From Pavona decussata (taxonomy: Eukaryota): a DNA stretch of 64,000 nucleotides. The DNA is taken from positions 868,001 to 932,000 of the forward strand of contig CDRNST010000382.1 of the NCBI GenBank assembly GCA_977016875.1. The letters run 5' to 3'. The position numbers and the translations under genes were made by a program. This document shows positions 12,101 to 24,200 of this stretch, piece after piece. A model generated the notes under the pieces. That model saw only the letters and a list, made by a program, of their open reading frames with translations, was not told the DNA's origin and searched no databases. Positions within the stretch are counted from its first letter, which is position 1, and each line of letters begins with the position of its first letter.

Positions 12101-15100
12101 AGCGTTCAGGGCGTTCTCTACTGCCTGAAAGCAGCGCTTATCAACACCAGTATCGCCCATTGTTTGGACTCAAAATCTTTCTTTCCCAATATTTTCCTTT
12201 GTATTAAACTATCCCATATACTTCGGCTGAGGAGAAGCAATCCTCTTCAAGGAAAAAGAGCTGCACTTACTTTCTAAAGGCAGCTAGAGGCTTAAAAAGA
12301 TGGATAGTATTTGGTTTTGTGAACGGAGTTGATAAGGTAATTTTGCCACCGTGGGCAAAAGAGATTCGAGAGTCGACATTTCGAGCGTTAGCCCTTCGAA
12401 ACAGCTCGAATCTCTTTAAGGTGGCCGTCAAACTACCTTATCAACAAGTTTGGCCAATAATCTTATCGACTCATTTCGTTCAATTCACTCTCCCACCGAC
12501 GTTGTTAGTTTCTTTCTCAGATTTCATGACCTTGTTTAAAGTCTAAACGCTGCTTGAATAATTTGACTGTGTACCATGAAACGCTGGTTAAAAGTTCTTT
12601 GCTTACACAACTTTGTAAGGTGTTTGTTAATGGCACGGGGGTGTTGCTATGCAGTGTAAACGGTATAAAAACAGTTTCGGAATGAACTGATAATACCATT
12701 CACAACGGCATACACACAAAAGAAAGCCTTTTAACGTTGAAGTCTGCCGACAACAATATAAACAATAGTAACAAGTGGAGAAAATTACGCAGTAGTAATG
12801 CGACGAACGAAGCTTGAAACTGTTTTGGAAAGAACTATACGTGAATTGTTAATAAAATTGAGCAATTTCAACAACAAATGGCAAACAAATAATCGATACG
12901 AAAGAGGATACCGTAAAATAATTTGAAAAAGCTACGATTAAAATTCAGGGCCAAATCTGGCTAAAATGGTGAAAAATACAGTAGGAATTCTGTGGATTAA
13001 CTGTGTATAACGGTAAAACGCGCTGCATAACCACACTTCATTGCGTTTTGTAAGAAAACGAGGCAAAAGTCCCTTTATTCCTTACATTTGCCGACATGAG
13101 CGCTGTCTCGCTTGCTCCCAGTCGCTTCTGATCTCGCTCGCTACAACAACAATAATTTCATCCTCAGAAACCCAGGGGCAGCTAGTCGAGACGAAAGGAT
13201 TTTCATGGGCGAAAGTTTACAACAAGAACGGGACAGCTCTACCGTTCTTGTCAGTTGTAAACTTTCGCCCATGAAAATCCATTCCTCTCGACTAGCTGCC
13301 CCTGGGTCTCCGAGAATGAAATGATTCCTGACACGAGTTCCCGAGACATTCTTTACCTGACATCAGGGCGTCATCATCATCATCATCTGCACCATTCCAG
13401 ACAGACAAATCTTCATCATCACTTTCCAGTAAAGATATTATCTCTTTAACAGGCATTTCAGCAGTCGCCTGCTGACTGTTGCTGTTGCTCTCCGGTTTCT
13501 CCGAAGACCAGTTTGACTGCGATGATCTTGCACTTTGTGTTGGGGTGAAAAACGAACGAAGGTCCGTTTGGCTTCGATCCTGTTTGTTAGTTTTTAAAGA
13601 AAGCTGCAAAAAGAATTTTTAATTAAAAAAAAATTCGCATAATCCCGAGCATTTTATGCTTATTTGATAAAAAACGGAAAATTTTGGAGAGCTACTTATA
13701 TGTACTTGGAAGAGGCACATTCTTGATGATAGTTAACATACGAAATTACAAACAGCGTCATGTTAAAACTGTCACCATTTTAAACGCCAAAACGGCATAG
13801 AGCCATTTCCTTGCAGTAATCCTTTAGAGTAAACATTCAAATGAACTTAGGCATTGAGGTGATGTTACACGGGACGATTCGCAATGACGATTTTTTAATG
13901 TATGTTTCAAGGGACAATTTTTAGTGCAACAAATCGCGTACGAAGTATTAGACTGGTGCAAGTTTTTAAATCTTGTTCAAAAACTTGCAACGCAAAAATT
14001 GCGCGGAAAATCGTCCGCGCTCTTATGTTACACGGTATCAAGTTTTAGAGCAACATTGTTACGCTAAAAGTCGTCGTTGCGAATCGTCCTGTGTAACAGT
14101 CACGTAATAAAAGGTAATAGAGCCATTTCCTTTGAGTACTCTTTTAGAGTGAATAGAGTGAACATTCAAATGAAAGAAATAGAGGATTACTTCGCCGTCG
14201 TGGTGCAACGACACGATTATGATGAACAGCATGCTTCTACCTTTTGATTCTGTGGATATAGCAACATTTCAACAGAATGATCTTTCCAATAAAAACTATT
14301 GAGTAATTTTTTTGTTTTGTTTTGTTTTTTTGGTTTTTTTTTTTTTGTTGTTGTTTTTATTTTTATTTTTTTTTCGAAAAGAAACATTTTTTTTTTTTTT
14401 TCCGAAAAGAAAAAAAAAAAAAAAAACTATATTAAGTTGTTACGCTGTACCAGCCGGTCCATACAGTGTACTCAGTTAAGCTCGGGAAAATGTCTAAAAT
14501 AAAAGCATTTAATGAAAGCTATATCGAATACCATTTTCCGATGGTCATTTTTTCAGCACTGTCTCAGTGTCTTACCTGCGCCATTACAAAGTCCTCAAGT
14601 TCATCAGCATCCTCCTCCTGATCCTGTATCCATGCTGCACAAGCTGATAACTGACGACCTTGATCCTCATCACCATCCTCAGCTTTAAGCTCCTTACACA
14701 CACCATCAAGAGTGCTGCTGGTAACATAGACCTGCACGATGTGTTATGCACGTGTTATAAAGGGGCATTGTCATAAAAATTTCTCCATGCTTTGGTCGGA
14801 ACTGCTAAAATATTTGACGAGGTACCTTTTCGCTAACATCAAATTACTCTCAGAGCACCGAGAAGGAAAAATTAAGGACGGTGCCTACTAATATCGAAGT
14901 GTTTTTGTGCGGTTTATGACTATGCGGGAAAAGCAGATCTTAGGAAGGCCTATTGGAATCCAAAACGAAAATTGGGGGTAGCCACGCATTTTTCAGAGAA
15001 CATTAAGCAATAATATCTCTAAAAAGCGCCAAAATATGAAGCAATATAAAGGATTTTTTCCTAAATTGAAGCTTAATTATCTCTGAAAAATGCATGGTTA

Positions 15101-15223
15101 CCCCCAATTTTCTTTCGAGATACCAAAAGCGTTTGCTAAGTTCTGCTTTCTCCGCATAGTTTTAAAACGCGCAAAATATTCCTTTATTAGCAGGCAACAC
15201 CTATAGGAAACCCGAGTATCTCA

Positions 15224-15257
<34 letters not shown>

Positions 15258-18200
15258 AGCACCGTTCTTAAGTGATTCCTCCTGGGAAGAAGACACTATA
15301 ATCAGTTTGCAATGGAGTAAACGCGATGGAATATTTCAAGCCTGGTGAACAAATGAGAATGATTTATGCCTGTGTCACTTACTGAATAATATAAATTATA
15401 TAATCAGGTTTTTAGCGATTTCTCCAAAAGACACTAGAAGAATTAGTAAAAAATGGTCAAGTTTTTCAAGTTGCAATCCATTTCCGTATTGTTTTGAATC
15501 AGTTTCGTCACCCTACTACTACACAGAAACTAGTGTTACTTGAAGCTTTTAAAAACAAGTTGATGAAATACCTTCTCAGTTAATTTCTGCTTTTCCCCAC
15601 CCCCCCCCCCCTTTATAATAAACCTATTCTTTTATGTTTCGTTTTCCTCTACCTTTTGTTATTAGAAGTTATTATTAACTGTTATTTTACCTATCTCGCC
15701 ACTGCCGCGCTGTTAATCGCGTTACACTGTAATTTAACATCGTTTAGGAAGCCCATGCGCCATTTCTTTGGGTTTCCTCGCAATTTTCCTTATTTATTTA
15801 CAATTCTGTAAATTGTATTTGGTGGCAAAGAACTGGTCATTCAAAGAACTGTAACATCACAAATACATGTAGGTGACACTGCCTCTTCACTAGAAACATT
15901 TTTTTTTTCTTTTAACGATACAACACAAAACTGCTTTACAAGAAACATGCCACCAGCCGCATTCACCTTTATCTCCGCACTGGACATTAAACGTTCATTT
16001 TACAATGTCATTAGTCTACCTTGCGTCTGATCATGCTCCACAGAATCTCATCCACAGTGCCTCTCGCTATCAAATAGTGGACATTAACAGGTAAAGTCTG
16101 CCCAATCCTGTGAGCTCTGTCTTCAGCCTGTATGATAACACCTGGTGTGTGATGTAACTCTGCAAACACTACATGGTGAGCTGCTGTTAAAGTCAGACCC
16201 TATGGAGTAAGACACAAAGGTGAAAATGAATACACGTGTTTATTATTCGGTACAATTAATGAAAACACAGAAAGGTTTTTCTAAGTGGAAAGTCCAATAG
16301 CACAGGAAGCCTTATTGCAGCCAAAGTAGCTCATAAGCTACCCCTTCACTATGGTTTCCTGCAGTGAAGCAACTGCAGATAGACAAGATAGGGAATGCTT
16401 TACACTATACCAAGATGACCAGCACAATTGCAGGGTCGAGGGTGTGATCCACTCAAATGAAAGTTTAATGTCGGACGTAGTTTACAATTACTTAACCACG
16501 GACTGTAGTACACCTTCTCCAATAAACATATTCCATAAACATACACTGTATCAAGTGCATCCAAGAAACGTGTCAGTCGTACTTCAGAGTAATAAAAATT
16601 GAAAATGAATGAAACGATCATTTCAATACATCTTTATTACCCTTAGAAAAGCATTTATGCACCCAAGGTGACCAACCAGTGTCTTGGTTTCTCGCAAGAT
16701 AATTTGCCCGTAATTAATTCCAAAATTCCGCGACGGAATTCAGCACAGGAATTCAGTGACTCTCGCGACGGCGAGACGCGACTAATGTCTGTTGAAACAA
16801 GAGTCGCGTCTCGCGAGATGGCAACTTGCTTTTGAGCAATACTATAAATTAGCACCTTTCTTTAAAGCAAAGCTATCAGGGCGGCACTATGAGAGGCCAA
16901 ATCTTTTGTTCAGCAAAAATTACCCAGATGCAACATTTTTACTACATGTAAAGGACGGTACCTCCATTTGATATTGCCGGCCCATACATGTACGTTCCGT
17001 GCACCTGAGAGTGGTCCGAGAAATATCATTTCTTAAGAGCGGTGCCTACTACTTCAAAGGGATATTTGCACAGCTTTAAACTCGGTAGCTCAACATTAGG
17101 TGGCAGCTCAACATTAGGTAGCTCGAAGGAATTAGCAGTTCATGCTACTCTGTAAATTGGAGAATAAATAAAGTGAATGTTGTTATGTTTTAACTTGCAC
17201 TACATGTATGATCAGAATACATTGAGGTGCACTCTTTCAGCTACATGCATTTACTACATGCGTGTACAATCACAGAAGAACCAAGAGAAGAGAACGAATA
17301 TATGAAAAAAATGCGGTCAAACATCAAAAATACATGCATTTGCATGAACGTAGAACACTCACAAAAGAGGCAGCTTCAATGGATAGAACTGCAATGCGGA
17401 CTTGAGGATCAGTTTGAAATGAATGAACCAAATCCTAGAAAACAAATACAATCGTGTATGATACACATAACAATCCCTCTGAACATTATTGTTTTAAAAC
17501 TTAACAACTTACAGCAAAACAAAATCTTTAGGAATCATTAAGATTCAAACACGAACTTAAAAATCATTTAATTCCCAGTTACCTCTTACATGTGCATGTA
17601 CAATGATTGTTTTGTTAACACACTTTCAGTGGCTTTAATTTAAATACTTATTAACCTTGAGTTGAGATACCATGTAAAAGACACAAAGAAATTTTAATAC
17701 AATGACATGTTTATGCACCTAGTATAGACAAAAAATGAACCTGTTTTACAGACTACAGATCCTTGTTTGGCATAAACTAAACGTTTAATAAAAAAACTGA
17801 CTCGCCAAAACAGAATAATAATAAATGATGCCACAAAAAAAACAGGCATACCCCTCTTAACCCTGAGGGCACATCACCAGCGATGCAGATGTGTTTTATT
17901 TTCAGTGCCACTAACTTCCGAACTATAGCCTGGCGCACAAGAAGATGACGAAAAAACACAATGAACTTGCTATCCATGCCTTGGGCAAGGTCTTCAATGT
18001 ACTTCAGCACAGGGCCAATCTAAACAGATGAATGAACTTAGCTGTTAGTTAACAGTATTTCTGGAATGAATGCAGTGAGCGCATTTTTTTTTTTTTTCAT
18101 GGGATTTCAGAGAACACTGATAACAATATTTATCTACAGGTGCATGTGACTCAAAAATCAAAATGTGACCATTAATTTTTGCTGTTCCATACATGTATAT

Positions 18201-21200
18201 CAGTAACCAGACAAAAGCACTTGAGAAAAATAAGGGAGAATCTGAAAGTACATTTACACTACATAATTATTAACCCTTGGCTTGCAACCAAGATTGATTT
18301 AAACACTCAAATTCTACCCCCCAAAACACATTTTAGTGTATGTACATTCTGTACACCTGTATTATATGACTTTTGTCATTATTGAAGTAGCGTGAAGCCC
18401 GAATTGGGAAAATATTGGTCTCATCCTTTTGTTTTGCAAGTTGATGGACATCACCTTCAGCTGGAGGGTTAATAATACAATTTTTATTATATAGATATGC
18501 TTGTTGCTTTCTAGTCAGCGTGAAGCTTGTTTACATGTACTGTATGTTAAAGCAGTGCAAGACAGTTAAAATCCAGCATGACAGTTTGCTTTGTTTTTGT
18601 CAAAATTGAAACTTACAAATGTACATGTACACTGTAATGCAAGCAGTCTATCCTAGCAGTCTCTACAATAGGAAAATATGGCCCACTCAGGGAGCCAATC
18701 AGAAAGTTCCTTAAGCATGGACCAGTTCAGCTATATTATAACAGCATGATATTCATGAGTTCAGCATTAATTTGATTACTGATGCCACTGATGCCTGGAA
18801 CCTGATTCAAAATACATCATCTCACCTTTACAAGTTCTGTGTAATGGTAAAGTAACACGGACAGTCTGTTCATTTCAAACAGAGGTGACTGGATTGATGG
18901 ATCATCAGCATCACCTTTGAGAATGGCAGAACACTTCTTAAAGTCTTTCATAACCTGCTGCATTTCCTAAAATCCATTAAAAGTATGGGTGGTGAGTGAA
19001 ACAAACAAGAAATAAAACAGCTTCTATTATAAAAGAAGGCGTTATACCCTTTTACATTCATAAATTTGACGCATGTATGAAACCTAAGTATCAGGCCTTA
19101 CTAAGGGGAGGGGGGGGGGGGAGTGGAGGGAGATGGGAGGGTAGTCCGAAAAGGCTGATACTCAGTTTAACTGTGGGCCTAAATTTGAAATTGTCCTACA
19201 GAATTCCCTGGGTGAATATTACAGAGTACACTGTAGCAGCCCTTCTGCCAAAGTACAAAATGATTTTGAGAACTATGGATTGCCGCTAGGGTGCAACCCT
19301 TTTCCACCAAGTCCTACACATATATTATCAAATTTAAGTACAGTTATGTACACGTACATTTAGTTCTTTTGTTCTTTATTCACTTGCAAGTTTAATGGTG
19401 ATTTTGATACACTAGACCTCCAAGCGGCATGCTAAATGAACCAGCTGCCTTCTACTACTTCATGTTTAAATATGTAGTAGTACAAAAAAAATTAATGTGG
19501 AAAGCTCTATTCCTCACCGTTTTGTATTTACTAGACGACTCAGAGATATCAAAAGTCACTTTCTGTCTTCTCTTTGGTGGCAGCTGAGTTAAAACCTGCA
19601 ATATAATTTTAACTCTTTTAAAGTGAAGTTAAATAACAATGTACAGTACAGGTGCACATGTAACAATATTGAATGAGATACAACTTGGAGACCCATTACA
19701 ATATCCAAATTTAAAGGGGCCAGGAAAAAGTTAATTGATAACACCCCTACCCCAGAGGTGGGTCCTCTTAGAACAAACTTATTTTGACCACTTCCCTCAG
19801 ATATTGGAGGTGCAAGATATTGAGAGTACAATGTAAAATAACAAGGTTATGTTCACTGACCCAAAAGCTTGGGGCCTTCATGCCCAGCGGGGTACTCCGG
19901 ATTTCAAGTGACGGGATGATCAAATGGGGGCAAAAATCAAAACCCAAAAAAATCTCTGGAACAAAGATCAAGCCCAAAAAAATCCCATGCCAAATTTCCG
20001 AGACTTAAAAATTTTCAGAAAGCATTAAATGATATAACACGAAAAATAAAAACATTAGAAATTGAATGTTCGTGTTTGTTTATTCATCATGCCATCTGAA
20101 GTTATCTTTTCCGCATCTGGTAGTCATGCTAACAACACTCGAGACACCCAAGAACATCTTCTGTTTCAACAATAACATTATACAGAATGACAACGCGGCC
20201 AGGATACACGGGCACTACTACAAATCTTCAGATTGTTTTGCCAAATTTTCCTACCCAAAAAAATCCCCGAATCAAAAATTTCAAACCCAAAAAAATCCTT
20301 CGATCATCCCCGTCACTTGAGATAACAGGAAGTTCAGGACAAGCAAGGTTTAGATACAGTCAACTCCCTTTATTGTGGACACCCTCTGGACCGCAAGTTA
20401 GTGTCCTTAATAGAGAGAGTCCGTAATAGCGGGAATTATTTCAGTCAAACGTCTGTAATTTATTTTTGCTGGGGATTTAGCTGCTGTCATATTATTGGGG
20501 TGTCTGTAATAGCAAGCTGTCCGCAAGGCAAAAGTTGACTGTAGTGGGACTCCACTATTATTTTAATATGACAACAGCAGAGACATACCTCCTTCTTGAG
20601 TCGTCGTATCATAACATGCATTTTAAGGAGATTGTAAAGTTCATTGAGATTTGAGGCACCACTGTAATTAGAGGAGATCAGAATAAATGTTTCTAAAGAC
20701 AGAGCTGTTTCACAAGAAAACTTTTACCTCACAGGTTTCAAACTACATTGTACATTGAAATTGCTGCCAACACCACTGTGTCTGACTAGTTGCTTGAAAA
20801 TGAAAATTAATGTCACTATTCCGCATATACTTTAAATTATTATTGTTTAACAAAGCATGCAGCTAGATAACAGTATTGAGACAAAGTAAACAGACAACAA
20901 GGTGGCGTAATTGGGGGACACATCCCTGTGGCAGGTTAATACGACTTCGGGTTATGTGCGCACCCTCACTTACCTCCCCACTAACGTGGGGTAGGACAAG
21001 AGTATTGGCAGAGCCTTTCTTATCTCCCCAGCACCATACGGGCTGGATCGGACAAGATAAAGGCAAAGGTATGAGATGGCAAGATACGAGCAATGCCAAG
21101 AGCTTGAGGGAAGTCGCAACGCAGACTTAACTGAACCACAAGGAGTGACCCCAAGTTTAATGAATATATAACAATCCTCCTCCAAAGGGAGGGAGGGTGG

Positions 21201-24200
21201 GTAAACAAAATTTTTTAAACGTGTTTGCGTTCGTGCAATACTGCCAGGATAATGTCCTGGGATAGTGTTCTGACGCTTTTATAGCGAGACAGTGACTCAA
21301 AGTTCGGCCAATAGGTACAAACGTACTGTAAACTAAAAGACACAACGTGGCAAACTACTAGCCATCAATAGGGCTTTACAAAACGAGAACCAATCCCAGC
21401 AAAGGTAAGATTCATTTCTAGACAATTGTGCAACATATTGGTACAATTTCCTAGCCATGAAAGGCTTTTATCCTAACCCTACTGAATAGAGAGTATTCAT
21501 TTATGAATGAGGCGTTCGTGTATACATTGTTGTCTGGGGTCGACACAACATTGCGTGACCAACCACCCCTAAGGCGTCACGTTCCATTAAGCGCATTTTA
21601 CCGTTCGGTAAAAGCCTTAAAATAAAGAAATAGAAAAATAAAAATAGAACATTGTATAAAAGTACAGTACACGTAACAATGTACACTGTGGGCAAGATTC
21701 CCTGTAACGTCAACTCATGCAGCTTTTACAACAACTTTTGCAGGACACATTAATTTATATAATGTTATGAGAGCCCTAGATTATTCACTTTATGTACGCA
21801 TACCTGGTATCATAATGCCTTTCCCCACGATAGTAAACACAGTGAGCGTCACAGTATCTGTTGACAAAACTACTGAAGGAGCCAAACTTGCCTGGACAGA
21901 CAATATCAAGCTGGAAGTACAGCTAAAATAAAAATTAAAATCAGGTCAATTCAGAAATCTTTGTTGTGCAAAACAGGGTTGATTTTCAGCCTTGCGATAC
22001 AGATGTTTTTCAAGAAATTGGGCTGATGTACAATGTATTACAACTGTACAATTGAAAATGGGCAGGTCAGTACCAAACTACATTGTGTAAGGTGCAACAA
22101 ATTGGGATAGAAAGACACAGCATGAAGAATCACAGGCCTTAAAAGTTGTGAGATGTCTGCAAGGCAACTGTTAAATTTGTACAGTGTATACAACGTATGC
22201 TTAATACTAACCTCACGTGGTCTTGCTAGAGATGGTGTTCCACTTAACAGAATGGCATGCTTAGCTTTCTTGCAAAGCTGGTGCAGTCGCTTAGTGCGAG
22301 CAGCTTTTCTAGTCTTTAGGTAATGTGATTCATCCAGTATTATGAAATTAAACTTGTGGGTTTCCAGGGCTTCTATCAATAGTTTAGATGTGCCAACACT
22401 TAGCAGGCCATATCCAATGACATGAATCATACCTTTACCAAGGTTGCTGCAAAGCAAATAAGATAATAAAACAAAATTATTAAAATCTCTATACTTATTA
22501 AGTCCAACAAAGTATCCAGAAATAAAATACTACTAGAAATTGGATCCTTAAGAGCCATATATTAGGGCCCTTTCAGGATGGTGCCTCTAAATCCAAAGTT
22601 CTATTTTTTTTTTTGTTCATGACTATGCGGGAAAAGCAGTAAGGGCTATTGGAATACAATAAGATCAGGGGTAACCTCACCATTTTCAGAGATTAAACAA
22701 GATGCCTATACTGGCATTTACGTGTGATGCCCCTTGATTATTATAATTGTATGCTTCGCAGACTATCCTAGCTAATGGAATATTTTGAGTCACAAAGATA
22801 GCGTTATGTTGTTTCCCTTGTGTTACGCGTCTTATCGTTATACCGGAATTTCTATTACAATAACGTGGCCTGACACACGTTTCTGGTTATGTAAATAAAA
22901 GTGTAAGATTACAAATTGTTTTCGTTTCACCCAAAAAAAAAAAAACCGAAAGAAAACAGGCAAAAAGCTTTCCTAAATGAAAACTTTTAGTACAAATGGA
23001 CAATCAAGCCTTCAATCTTTTTGTAAAATGGATTTCCAGTTGCGTTTAAGCATCAATTCGACAAAGTGATGCGATCTGCGTTTTAGCTTAATACCAATGA
23101 CTTTTCCCCCGCATATTCTGAATGGTTCTACAACTGTCAAACAGAAGCATGATTCCTTCGCCTTGAACTCTCCGATTTCCACCATTTTTACTGTCGAGTG
23201 CTTCTTAGAAGTTATTCTTTCGATTTACCGCTTCAAAAGGGTTAATTTTCTTTTTGAAAACGGCACGTTGGAATCTAAAACATTAAAACAATATGGCCAC
23301 GCCACTAAAGTCAAACCTTTTCAGTTCCACCGAGAGACCACTAGGACCTGAAGAATCACAATAGTAATTAACTCCCCTCCGATCCCTCCTGACCTACACT
23401 AAGATATTGCATTCTGATTGGACCGTTTTTGCTAAAGACAATAAGGACAATAGGAGACAAAAAGATCCCATCTAGGAGAAAACTGAATTTGATACATCTA
23501 AAACGAGTTAATAATTGAAAGATGCGCATTTGTGGATACAAAGAAGAACAAACGGCCCCCATTTTATAACGTGGGCTGCACAGGCATCCCACGTAATAAC
23601 GCAAGAATAATTCAAAAAGAGCTCTACAATACAATTAACAATCTTGAGTCTTCTTGAGTCCTAAAAATGTGTGGTTCCATGTACCCCCAGTTTTCTTTTG
23701 GATTCCAGTAGCCCTTGCAAAGATCTGCTTTTTCCTCATAGTCATAAATTTCACAAAAATATCTTTGTTTTGGTAGGCACAGACCTTAATTAAGAAATCC
23801 AAATTTCTCACACCATTACGAACTACACGGAAAGTATGTATACAAAGCAGCAAAAGGAGGCACAGTCTTCAAACAATTCAAATGGCCTTTTTTTTGTTTT
23901 ATTTACTTACTTTTTTTCATTAGATTTGCAAACAGATAATACGTTACAATAATGATCAACAACTTACAGAATAAAATAAGAACACAATATGGCAGGGAGC
24001 CCGCAACAGCGCAAGCCATGTACAGAAGGTGCAATTGTGTACTTGAAAACACTTTTATAAATAATTTAATGTACACTACAAATTTAATCTGAGGAACATA
24101 GCCCCTCCTTGGTGAAATATGTTGTCCAGGTGATTAAAAAGCTTATTATTTATGCATCAGTCAATTCTAACAGTGCCCATCCCCCCTCCCCCCCCCCTTC

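Noticed and set aside
21501-21713. Possible extra ZRANB3 exon
   Set aside because: The flanking exons already join in phase, and there is no helicase similarity.
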